A stretch of DNA of 64,000 nt from Vicugna vicugna. Its lineage: Eukaryota. The notes under the pieces are model-generated. The model worked only from the letters and a program-made list of their open reading frames with translations. It made no database searches and had not been told where the DNA came from. How positions within the stretch are numbered: position 1 is the stretch's first letter; each line of letters opens with the position of its first letter. The stretch covers positions 744,001-808,000 of the forward strand of contig MU058387.1 of assembly GCA_013265495.1 (NCBI GenBank), given 5' to 3'. Shown here one piece after another: positions 12,464 to 24,755 of this stretch. The translations under genes were made by a program, and so were the position numbers.

Positions 12464-14369
12464 TTGAGCCAGGGATCAACAAGTATTTATTGAAGTCTCA
12501 AATGCCAGAAAGTTCTAAGTGCTCATTTAGTGTTCTTCCTGAGGGATTTAATAATCTGTCGTTTTGCAAAAAAAGACATTGTGGAAGATGAACGTTCGTC
12601 AGTGAGCAATCACAGGGTGCAGACGCCCTTCCTACAGAGGGGAAGTATTATGTGCTTTGTTTCCTAATGTATTCGTGCACCTGAGAAATATAGTCTGGGG
12701 GATGGACTACATTTTCATGTTTTTCAAAGCTTGCCAGTGGCATACAGGTGCCTCTGAGGCTTTATCAGACCACTTCTGTGTGGTTTGAATACTATTCTGA
12801 GTCCTCCTCCTCTTTTCTTAACTGAATCCCGACTTTCCGCTTAGAGCTGACAATGAATTCAGTCCATTTAGGCTGAGAATCTCTCCCTCTGAAAATTGAG
12901 ATATTTCTACTGGATCCCTGATTTGTAAAATTTAACTCATTGACTTTGACCAAACAGTTAGCATGGTGAATATGAGTGTGGAGTCTCACCTAATGGAGGA
13001 ATGGTTCTGTTTCTTTAGCCATTCCTTTCTGAATTTAAAAACGGAGAGCTGCTGCTTGCTGTGAATTTCAATCAGCTCGGCCCTGTGAAGAGCACAGTTC
13101 TGCATCACTGCTGCTGGATGCCTGCTAAGGTCAGATTCTGAGGTCCTTGTTCCCTGAAGGTGGTTTGCTGTCCTGCAGAGTCAGAGGCGGCGCTCTGTCC
13201 CACGTCAGCCTCCCAGCCCTGACTCCTTGGGTGGACATCACACGTGCAGAACGCACTGCTGTGGATTAAAGACCTGTAACATCATCTAATAATGCCTTTC
13301 TAATGGAGATAGGCATCATTCTGGTAATGTGATTTTGGTCCTTAGAGACTTGGTATGCAAGTTAGAAGTTTGATTTCACTCTTTGTGTAAAAGCTATCTT
13401 TATCGAAAGGGAGGGCGGGAAAGTCGAAGAGTGGCGGGGTATTGAAGATTCGTCACGTCAGATTTTACAGTAGATTCAGATCTTGACCTCAGGGGCCAAA
13501 GGAGGTTAGCAGCCCTAATGATCTGGTTATACCTTCAGAAATGAACTAGTCAATATGTCCAAATATGCCTGAACTATGAGATCCTACAGGTCAGCAACAT
13601 AACCATTTCTTCCTTATCTAGAATCTTAAAGTGAGTCTGCTAAGGAGAGAAGAAAATGGGAAGAAATCCAACTATTAAAAATTAGAAAAGTGATGACTAA
13701 CACTTTTAATAATGAGAAGATGACGTAAGCATAACGATGTAAGAATGTTTTTATTTTCTAGCAGTGAGATGTTAATACAATACAGATAGAAGGCATATAA
13801 TTGAGAAATTTACTACTATGTTGATAATGTCAGTCGTGTGAATATGGATGTTTTGTACATACAGAAAGCCATCTGGCATATACAGATGATTCTCTTAAAA
13901 TTAAATCAAAGCAATGATAAGCAGAGCTGCCTGGATGTTTAATTTTTTTTTTTTAAATCTGACATCCTAGAGACAACTATATTGGTTCCATCTGCAGTAT
14001 TTGCCCTTCTGAGAGAATGTCCACGGTTGTTGAAAATTAAGTGTGCAGGGGTTGTGTACATGGCATGATCATTTTATTGGCAGGGACTTAATTTTAGATA
14101 TTTAGTTGACCTTTTGACGAGCTCCATCCTATATCCAAATACCCTGCTTTCTTTCCCTAATTTTGTCTGCAAGTGGTGCTCTATGAATTTTTAAAAGTTA
14201 ATGATCAAATTCTATTGCTACAAGTATTTTAGCTTTAAAAGTGGACTCAGAGCCCGAGCTTGGTCTGGGGACCACACACCTTCCTTGGAGAGAATGCATT
14301 TCAACCCAGGATGCTCCATATGCTGTCCTCTGCAGGGGCACACTGACTTTTACAGGTAGTTGTAGAAGG

Positions 14370-14610
14370 TGATTAAGCTAGTCCTGGAGCCAGACTTCTC
14401 AGGGATTCAGATCTCATCTCTTCCTTATGCTCCATTGCCTTAGATAAGTCACTTGTCTCTCTGTGCCTTAGTTTTCTCACCTAGAGCATGGAGATAATGT
14501 CTACCACAAGAAGTTGTTGGGAGGATTACGTGAGTTAATACGTACAGTGTGCTTACAACAGTGCCTGGCACGTATGCATGCACATTAAGTACTGCCTACT
14601 ACTATTAGTT
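14370..14610 (+). mobile_element. MIR SINE, near full length
   Basis: CTGGAGCCAGAC...GATAAGTCACTTGTCTCTCTGTGCCTTAGTTTTCTCACCT...GTTGTTGGGAGGATTACGTGAGTTAATACGTACAGTGTGCTTACAACAGTGCCTGGCAC. Confidence 0.85.
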
Positions 14611-16280
14611 ATAAATAATGCTGTACTAGCACAATTTCTCTGCCATTTATAATTGACCTAGTGAATGACTTTGTGAACTCTTCCTGTTTCCTAAGTGATT
14701 ACCCCTCCCCCCAAAACAGACCCTCTTACTCAAAGGGAAGCTTAAAGTCAAAACTAATTGAGAGTCTTTTTTTTTTACAGCACTTTTTACAAGGTAGCTC
14801 TTTTACTAGTTTCCCCATTGCTCGCGAGCACGGTTCATATGACATTCATCTTGAAATACCTCCACAGCTCCTAACCTGGTGTTGAATGAAGTGATGAATA
14901 CATTTGCTTAAACGATTTCTTCCTTAAGTTTACCTCATTATGAATACGATACTATGAGCTGAGTGCCTAGATTTTCAAAAAGGAAATAGGCTCATCAATG
15001 TCCCTACACCGACCCAGAATGCATGAAAATAAAAGCGAAACAAAGGAGGCCCTTCTCAGAGCTAACTTGTGCATAGCACTAGTTCATACTGGAAGGAAGA
15101 CAGTGATTGAAGAACTAGTGAACCTGCAATCCTTTTTAGGAAACAAAGGACAGAATGATCTTTTGAAGAAAGTGTCTCTTACTAAGTTCCAAGCACAAAT
15201 CATAAGAATAAGGAAGCCTCTGTGTAATCTGTTTTGCTTTGGGACGTGTATGCCCTCTGCATGTACGTCTGCGTGTGTTCATCTGGGTTATGATGTTGTC
15301 ATTTTGTAAGCAGAACAAGAGGTAAAAGGGCTTTCATTTGCCCCAGGAGTTATGCTCTGGTTATTCAGGGAATTTGTGTTTTCACCCTGAAACATACACC
15401 CTTTCTTCAAAAATCAATTTAAAGAATAAGTAAATGAGAGCGAACAGAAAAAGCAAACTGGGTAGGTGGAGGGGGCGGGGGTGGTTGGAGTCATGGGAAT
15501 GGTCAGGTGCGTAGCTGATTTAAAATGAGAAGTAAAGCAACGGCCGAGGTTTTCTGGATAAATGTCGATATGCATTATTAAATGAAACTGTGGTAAAATA
15601 TAGACTGTCAGAAGCATTTTTCTTCTAGAAACAAGGGGAGAATTGAAATGCACATTCAACAGAGAAGTCTCTTGCGGTGTTTCTTCCATCATTTTCTGTA
15701 TGAAGCTTTAATTACAGCGCTCCTTCCTACCTAATGCTTTCAATTTCAGATCACATCACACAAGAGAGGGGAGGGTGCAGTTGCTCAGAAGAACCGCGGC
15801 CATAGCATCAGGGTCCAGGTGTCCGTTCACCAGGGAGTTCCTGCCACACGATCCCTTTCGAGGTCAACAAATCATTTTCCGAATGCTTTTGTCTCACACG
15901 TACTGGACACAGTGTTTCTTTATAGAGTGATTGCTGTGATGTTGTTATTGCCAGAACAGTTAATAATCCTTACAAAAGAATTTATTCTGACAGAAAGGAA
16001 CTAGTTAACTCCATTCTGAAAGAGAGGAGCTAGTTAATTCCATCGCCTTCTGTGGATCTGGTGATGTGGGTGGCTGGCTAGTGGCTGCCTAAAGAGTTTA
16101 GTGTCCTGATCTAAGAAATCTGTATTTAAAATATATTTATGTGGCAGAGAAATACACATGTGCATACACAGAGATATATGTCCACATGCATACGCATACA
16201 CATACACATACACACACATATATAACTGTCATAGTTACTCCTGCTGAAGAATTTATTGTTCAGCCCAGTCAACAAATACT

Positions 16281-16427
16281 CTTTTTTTATAATTTTTTTT
16301 TGGTGAGGGAAGTAATTAGGGTTTAAAAAACATTATTGTTACTTTTTTCAGTGGAGATACTGGGGATTGAACCAAGGACCTTGTGCGTGCTAAGCACGCT
16401 CTCTACCACTGAGCTATACCCTTCCTG
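16281..16427 (-). mobile_element. tRNA-Ala-derived camelid SINE (Vic-1 type) with TSD
   Basis: GTAATTAGG linker and TACTGGGGATTGAACCAAGGACCTTGTGCGTGCTAAGCACGCTCTCTACCACTGAGCTATACCC head; flanks CAACAAATACT (16270-16280) / CAACACATACT (16428-16438). Confidence 0.92.
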
Positions 16428-17179
16428 CAACACATACTTTTTGAACAGGTACTCAACCCAGCAGGACAGAGGTGCCAGGCACTCAGCCCCGGTCTCAAAC
16501 TGCTCAGGGTCTGGTGGTGGACGGACAGGAGGGCAAGCCGTGACTGTGGGGGTAGGGGGCCGGGTATGCGGGGGTCTGGAAGCAGAGTAGAAGTGGAGGA
16601 CAGTTCCCCTCCGGGAGCCTGGGAAGGCTCCAGGGAGAAGTGACCTTTGAGTGGATCCTTGATGTAGGAACAGGAATTAGCTAAGTAGATAAGCTGTTTA
16701 AGTTCTGCCAGGCAAAAGAAGTAATCACTTTGGAATTTACACCAAAATGAATATGAGTTCTTTTTTTTCTAAGTAGTTCAGCTGTCCTTTGCGCTGCCGG
16801 GAGGAGAGGGAGCCAGGATGCTAAACCATAGTTGCATACAGTAACAATTATATGTGGTATGCAATATACGTATATCTACACATATATGTCATGTGCACAC
16901 ATAAATACATGTGATATGTATGTTGTTATTCATAAAATCCTTTTATACTTTTTTTTTCCTTTTTGCCTCTTAGCAGCTCAACGAGTTAGAGGAACAGGGT
17001 CATTATTTTTCAGGGATGGAAAGGGAGGCTCACAAAAGGGCTGTCACTTGCATAAGATCACAAGGCTTGGTGTCCCTGCAGTGATGTTCTTGGAATTCAC
17101 CGCTCTTCCCCAGCCCTGTGCTGCCTGCTGCCACCCTGACGTTAGAAGGCAGGTCACAAGTTAGATCTCTGAACCCAGG

Positions 17180-17233
17180 CCCCCCNNNNNNNNNNNNNNN
17201 NNNNNNNNNNNCCCCCCCCCCCCCCCCCCCCCC
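17180..17233. other. Assembly gap (26 N, 17186-17211) inside a poly-C homopolymer
   Basis: C6, then N26, then C22, read directly from the sequence. Confidence 0.98.
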
Positions 17234-17969
17234 GGGCATCCAGAGCAGGGAGTCAGTGGCTTTCCTGTCTCCATCACTCTAGCTTCAAGTCGGATGGGCA
17301 GGGCTTTTTATCTGTCTCAGGAAGCTCCGGAGGATTTGATGAAAAAGGTTGACTTTCTTGCAACCCTGCAAGAGCTGCTCCCTTCTCTCCCCAGGAATTT
17401 AAACACATCTCTTAGGCTGCTGCCTCATTTCCGTACTTCAAAGTGTTTCTGCCAGACAGACAGACAGACCTGTCTGTCCCAGCTCTGACTCTTCAGGGAT
17501 GGGTCGGTTAATTTATTTATTTCTCAAGTTTGACTTATCTCTTGGATGTGGATCTGTCCCCACCCCAGTGAAGCAGTGTCAGTTTGCCCTCATTTTCATA
17601 GGGGAGGGAGTGGGAACAGACGATTACTCGCAACACTCCAGAATCAGGAAGCTAGAAGGAGGAAAAAACATCATAACCTATCGGAATTAGAAATAATATC
17701 ACACACACCAAAACCCGACTCCTCATAAAGACAGTCTTCACACACAGGATCCATGCTAGGTGACAAGTAATTTGTAACAGCCAAAAAAAAAAAAAAAAAC
17801 TTCGAGAGAAGAAAATTGAAAGGTGCTAGGTGCGGTGTGACTTGTCTGCCTGCTCCTGGATTCTGAGATGCTCATGCAAAATTTCAAAAAGTAAATGAAG
17901 AATGTTCTTTTCTCGCCTTTCTTCCCCCTTACAATTAGATCTTTTTGATTATGGGGAAAAAAATGCAAA

Positions 17970-18210
17970 AGAGCAATTACTCCGCTACTTTAATTACTCT
18001 CCTAATTATAACGGTAACCTTGTCACATTATCATAATTCCCCAAACAGAAAATGCAGACTCCAAATTGCACCAATATTTGGTAATTTTACCTTGTTAACG
18101 GTTCGCTGTCAGTGTGTAGAACACTGCGTGTTTTCTCCCCCGTTACCTTTCTCTTGCACCGTGGATATTTCTCTGCCTCCCAAGCTGGTGTTACATTCTG
18201 TCAAAGATGT
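17970..18210. promoter_or_regulatory. Candidate conserved non-coding element / developmental enhancer
   Basis: No recognisable repeat; clustered homeodomain cores (CAATTAC, TAATTAC, TAATTA, CATAATT, GTAATT) and three TGTCA TALE-class motifs. Conservation is inferred, not tested. Confidence 0.5.
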
Positions 18211-21200
18211 TTTGTGCTCCACCACCCCATGAATTCCTTGCAGCTTTTTAACATCTCCTCGCAGTTTCAGAAGCTATCTCCTGAGCAGTAAGTAATTCTC
18301 CCCTGGCTGTTTGATGGTAATGGGTGCTGTGCGTGTCTGGAGAGGGAAGAGCACAGCCTGGGGTGAGAAATAGCTATTGATCAAGGTATCTTACCATCTC
18401 AGTTTATGTTGCTGTAAAACGTTACAGTGCATGTTCTGCGAGAATATATCCGCTAGGAATTTGTCAGCCATTGTCAACATACTGTAACGGAATAAGGACA
18501 TGTATTATTCTAGTCAACTTAATTTTATTTTGCATTTCTTTGCCCTCATTTTCAAAGAGACTGACTACCAGGGGCACTTGCTTAATGGTGCCATCTGTCA
18601 GATTATGAATTGTGCAGAATGAGTGCTGGAAGTCTACTAGAAGGCTCACAGAACCCTGGCGGGTAGGCGACAAGCATCGTGATGCACGAGTCTTGCCGGC
18701 GTGGAAATTCTCCCTCCATCATCACAGCAGATGATGTCGACAATGAGAAAAGTTGCACAAAGGCTGCCTCGTGTACGGTGACAAAGCAGGAGTGAGATAA
18801 CATAGAGTCACACCAGAAGCCTTTCCAAAGAGAACGGTAGATTACCCACGCCTTAAAACATGTAGTAACGTAGCCGTGCAAACCATTAGTTCTTTGGACC
18901 ACCCCAGTCTTTGGTAAAAGCACGGAATTGTTTCTGTTTTGGTTATTGTTGCCTTTGCATTTTATGGTTCCTGTTTGACTTTAGTGCCGCCGAAATCCCA
19001 CAGCCCCCCACCCTCGCTTCTGGGGGACCTTTCTGCCGCCACGTCTCTTTTCTGTCCTCAAGCCTCTTCTGGATGAAACTAGCCTCAAGATGAGTTGGAG
19101 AGTCATTCCGACTACAGCAAATATGAGTGACACCAATGCTCACTGTTTGTCTTCTGAAAGTATTTGCATTTTAAAATGATAAGTAAAGCCTTGGACTGAA
19201 ATGCAAGCAGTTTCTGAAATGGCGTGTTTGGAGCAGCTCCTGGACACCTGGAGAAGAAGGTTCACGAGAGGAAAGGTGTCATTTCCTTTTGAAAGTTTCC
19301 CACACATCTGGTCAGCTTCCAAAGTCCATCTGACTTAGGTTTCCAAAGGGACATTTCATTTCACAGGGACGTCAGTATTTCTGCATTTCAAACCCAAAGT
19401 AACTGGATGTGATGTAAACAATGTAAGTTGTTTCATGTGATGCCTGGGATTTTCATGGCATCAGGAAGACCAAGTTTGGCTACAGTCCCTACCATTTTTT
19501 ATCTAGTTATTTGACTTCGTGGAAACACAGCGTCCTCCTCTGTAAACTGAAGGTTGATAACACCAACTCCTGGCCTTGTTCTGAGCATCGGATGAGACGA
19601 TGTGCATACTGAGGAGAGGGAGAGGAGAGGTGGATATATGATGACAGCCACTTGAAGCTAGTTCCCAATTCTCATCCCTCCTCCACCTTTTTTTTTCTTT
19701 TTCTTTTTGAATCAAAGTGTAAGGTCTCTAATTTATTTCATAGTTGTCTTAAAGGCTGTGATGCTCCTGAGCATCAGTTACTTTCTTGTTCTTTAGGACA
19801 TTCTTCAGGCAAGAACCATTCAGTAACAGGACAGGATGCCATCACGTGATTCAAAATGAAATCTACTGATGGTTGAACAGTATAAACAACAAGGAACATA
19901 ATCGGTCAGAGTGACCCAGGGGAAACAGCCCAGTGAAATTAAACAAAGGAAATTTTATCCTGTGAGGAAAAAAAAATCAGTGGATTGTAACCGAACCCTG
20001 CAAGAGGAGACAAAGCTCTTGAGTCCCAGAGACCCAGAGGCGATTGCAAAGCTGTGTGAGCTGGAACCTTGGCTTCTTGATTTGCTTTCCAAAGTCTGTT
20101 TGCACTGTGTTATAGAGAATGATCAACAGTAAAGCAATGTGCTTTTAAATTTATTTTTTTCTTACAAAGTTAGAGATGCAGAAGTATAGGCTATCTCCTC
20201 CTTAAGAAAAATACATACAGTTTTTTTGAGAATTATGGTTTGCTGGATGGACACTGTTGCCTTACCCAGTTTAATCATTATAGGAGCCTTATGAAGTATG
20301 AGTTATCAGTTATTCACAACAAGTGATAGTGCAACCATTATCCTTGTCATCGGGACCTCACAACCAGGAAGTGATGAGATTGCAGTGGGACCAGCTCTAA
20401 GTGACTCCAGAGTCTATGTTGTTTAACAAATGCCAGATGTACTGGTTACCACCCCCCGCACCCCCAGGGGCACGTTCTTTGTGGCTAACAGGGTTCAGAT
20501 CTTCTGTTATCTCCAAACGCCAGTGCTTTAGGTGACCTTGAGAAAGAAAAACAAAAACAGGTGGAGTGGACTTCTTCAAAAATCTGAAACATTTTATACG
20601 TTTCCTCCTAGGTGGAACGCATGGATGTGTCTGATACTTGGGTGTAACTTCACTGATGGTAGTTGAGTCTAAATCTCCATGAAGATGTTAGAGTTAAAAG
20701 GAAGACATTATTGACACATATGAAAATCCCAGCATGAAAAGAGCCTTAAAAAGGATACTCCTACACTTGACACTTGAATGGGCAGCTGGAAGTCAGGGCA
20801 CTGATCCCTTTCCTTCAGTTGATCCATAAGATGATGCTATCAAGGGAAGTATAAGGCAGGCAGGGGGGCTCACTCTTTGGTGCACTGTGTTCAGTATTTA
20901 CATGGCTTACATGGCGGAAAACCAAAGTGGCCCTGGGCGACCTGCTCTTCTTTGCCCGTGTCTGGAGAACATTATAGCCAAGTGACATTTTTCCTTTTTT
21001 TCACGGCTTATGAATTGATTTGGCAGATGACTTGCTTGAGTTGGATGGATAGGTTTAGAAGCTTTAGTGATTTTGGTTTTTTTAACCCTTTGGTGAGTAC
21101 CCATTTGAGAGAGTTAAAAGGAACACCAGTTTCTTTCATTTTGGTAAGGATTGATTATCTTAGAGAAGTAGAGGATGATCAAAAATTAAGCAAACAAAAA

Positions 21201-24200
21201 CCATGACTAACAATCCACGTTAGGAACATATTTAGGTAGTTAAGAGCCTAAATCATTACATCTCCATTGGGCCAACCAGATCATTCAAAATGTATATATG
21301 GAAGACATTATGGCTTTGGCAAAAAGGACTGGTTTTCTGAGTTTGCTGTTGGACTCATGGATAACATAAAAGAAAGTGTTTGAAAGTAAGGTTCTGTCAC
21401 GCAAGCCATTTTCTGTGTCTTTTGTAGACTTGGGTAACGCTATTACGGAAATACACTGCTACCTGCCGTGATTGAAACAAATGATCTGTAATTTAATGTA
21501 ATAGTTCTTACACTGCGTGGCTCTGCATCCTCTCTGCAAATCAGCTTCTTCATCAGTATGACCAGGATTCTGACAGTGCCGATCGCACAGGTTTTTGTAC
21601 TGATCAGATGTGAAACTCTGTCCAAAAGTGATTTGCAAGTTGGAGACTAGTATTCATGTGTAAGTTCTAGTGGTGATTATTATTCTGTTTCTATGGGGTA
21701 GTTCATACATTAAGACATATTTCATGGGGCTTATCTCTTTCTGTCTTGAGTTGGTACAATAATACCCATTTAAATGTATTTCCTTTTGTTTCACAAAATT
21801 GCTCTCCTCGTATTTCCTGTATAGTCATGAATTAGTTCTCAATTGCATTCCTGGTCTTACCAGAAAAGCAATTTAATTTTATGATTCAATCAAGTCTTGG
21901 GGATTTTAAAATACTGCTTCCTCAATAGAAAAGAGAATCTGAACTCCTAGATTGTTGGGTTCCACTGACTTTATACGATATTGAAAGAGAAGTTGTTGAG
22001 TGTACACTGGTGTCTTTCATGGTAAGAAGGAGGTAAGATATTTATCGTATGTTCTCTGGTTTTGTCTCTGTCTCACCATTTCTATGACAGTAGGGAGAGA
22101 GTAGTGGGGTTCTGAGCTACACCAGTCTTAGGAAGAGGATTTATAAGATATTGTGTAAAGCAGTTAAGATACAAAGCCACAGAGATCCTAAAGTCTTACT
22201 TTAAACTAGCCTTCCATTTCTGTCGTTTCTGTTCCTTTTAGGGATCTTAGGAAAAAGGAATGGAAGACCCTACTTAAAAAAACTGGGTGTTTTGTTGTTG
22301 TTATTTTCGGGACAAGGAGAACAAAATTCTCCCTGACCCAAATGGCGTGCAGTCCGCAGTGTCTTACACTGTTTTTGCAAAACAGACGTGCTATTAATAT
22401 TCCCAAGATGTAGAGAAAGCCCTAAAAATAGCTTTTGCCATAATATCGCTTGTATGCTGTTACTTTTCTCATAAGAAGCCTGTCACATTCATTTTCAGTT
22501 GCAGCGTGGATATGAGACAAATGGATTCTACAGTTGTTGTAATGGGCTGGGGGTAAAAATAACCACCTTGATGGAGCTATTCGGAGGGTTAGCCAGCGTT
22601 CGGAACCCTGGTGCTTTCTTAATCAGATCAGTAGGAATATTACTACCTCTCCAGTACATGCATGGCGAGTGGCCAAGCTTACTTATTTTAAAAAAAATTT
22701 TCAGATGATTTCAGGACCCAAATTCACAGTGCTGCATTAAGATGTATATGCTCCTGGAGTCCTTGTGTTCAGGTTATTGGTTTTAAAATACAGGGTGTTA
22801 GCTTTTAAAAGGGGTTTGCTGTTTTAGGTTTTCACGCATAAAAGGCACTTGGAAGTAGCAGGGAAAGACTCCTAGATTGAAAGAGCTGTTACCAGTCATG
22901 AGGGAGAATGTACTTGACGTGTGACACTGATGTATTCGTACACAGTGAATCTGTGGGGCCTCGGGAAGGCTTAAAACCTGCAGTGGAATTTATCACAAGA
23001 TCCTGACCGACGGGCCATATCTGAAGGGCGACGAGCCGGTGCTGTGTTAGTCCTTCGGACAGAGACGTCACTACTTGCAGGAGAGGATGAATAAACAAAA
23101 TGCACCAATTTTTGTAAGGTCCTCCCCACCTGCAATCATGAGAGTAAGAAGGGTGTGCCTCCACTCCCGGCCGGAGCTAGGCTGATAGATAAAACCAGGA
23201 TAGGAAAATGACACACTTAGGGAAACCTGTCAGTGCGACCATGCCAGCAGTAGGTGTCATGTGATCATCTTGATGATTCGTGCGATGCAGATGGAGGACA
23301 GTGAGGGATGTGCCTGGACAGAGATCCGCTTCCCTGTTCGTATTTGCTCAGTGCACTCTAGTTGAGGGCCCCCAAGTGTGCTCAGGAGTCAACCAGCGAT
23401 AGTCTCCCGATGTATCAGAGGGAAATAAAATCCAAGGATCGTGGCCTGAAGTACCCTGATGAGCCCCGCGTGCAGGGGTCGGGGAAGCCAGTGCTCACTG
23501 AATGAATACTGCACATTATCACCACGTTCAAGGCTGAAATCCAGGTAGTTCTCCAAGAGTGACATGGCTTTGGAAAGGAACCCAGAGGACCACTTAAATT
23601 TTTCAGCCCATAAAATAACGCATGGTAAAGTGTCAAGTCTAATTCTAGAGGGACCGTCCTCAGTGCCCCCATGAGTGCATGTGGGTTTAAGGTGGGGCTT
23701 TCTGCTGCTATTATGGTGGAAGCAACTGGGAAAAGGCAGTATTTAGTATGTTCGGTAGCTGATCCAAGTATGTATGGTAGACTCTTTGGGGTTTATATTC
23801 CTGGCCTAGTAGCCTGAGGGAAAATGTCATCTGGGGGCTGAAAAATAGTTGCAGCATTGCGTCCTATCCAGTCTTTGGCATGACTAGAAAGGAACGGATC
23901 CCTTTGGCAGATCAGCTTCCCAGGAATGAAACAAGCATAAATATTTTTTCAGTTTGGCCTTTGTGAATTAGTCATGATGAAAAAGCAGTCCGTTTCTGGC
24001 AGATGAAGGGTGATACAGTGCGGAACTTTTGACAGTCTTCATATTTGTGTTGTGACTGAAAAGTAATGAAAACGGTTTCCAGACTTCACCAGAATTCCTC
24101 ATGATGGGACCAGCGCCCCCGAAAGTAGGAGAAGGGGTCCATCTGTGGGAACCTATTTAAGTGAAAGATGTGTTGACACCTGTGCTCAGTGGTCATCTTT

Positions 24201-24519
24201 TTCAAAGATGCTGGGGAAGATGTGTGCAAACACATCTGTAAATTGGGAGCAGGAGAGTGGATCTGAGCTTTATGGAGGGGTGGTGGGAACCAGCCCAGTT
24301 CAGCTGCTCTGTTTGACACATCCCCTCGGGACCCCATGGGCACCTGGGCAGTGTCTTGAACATCATGGTACTTCCATCACTGGCATGCAACTCCAAAGGT
24401 ACTTGGAACCTCAGAGCTTCCTTCTGCACGCTTCTGCTGTTAGACCAAGATGGAGCTTTCTAGAAGGACATCCATTGCGTACACGTCACGTGTGTGTTTG
24501 CCCTGTTGCCATATTATAT

Positions 24520-24755
24520 GGATTGAGAGCCCGGATTCCAGAGCCAGACCACCTGGGCTCATACCTGGGCTTCACCACTTGTTTATCGAGGAGCTTGGGC
24601 AAGGTCCTTTATCACTCTGCCCCAGTGACTTTCTCTGAATGGTGCAGACAATGACAGTCCTTACTCAGAGGGTTGTTGTGAGAATTGAATGACAGTATCT
24701 TTAAAGTACTTAGAATGGGGCCCGGCAGAGAGTAAATGACTTATAAGTAAATGTG
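24520..24755 (+). mobile_element. MIR SINE
   Basis: GAGCCAGACCACCTGGGCTCATACCTGGGCTTCACCACTTG...CTTGGGCAAG...CAGAGGGTTGTTGTGAGAATTGAATGA...AAAGTACTTAGAATGGGGCCCGGCA. Confidence 0.8.

Noticed and set aside
11750..12467. Two nearly identical 68-69 aa ORFs
   Set aside because: By-product of the 508-bp tandem duplication; GTG start and no coding signature.
22358..22386. Two overlapping 6-7 bp stems (CAGTGT/ACACTG, CTGTTTT/AAAACAG)
   Set aside because: Stems of this size are expected by chance in 64 kb.
24145..24654. 169-aa ORF
   Set aside because: Non-ATG start, 3' part is MIR-derived, no recognisable domain or splice context.
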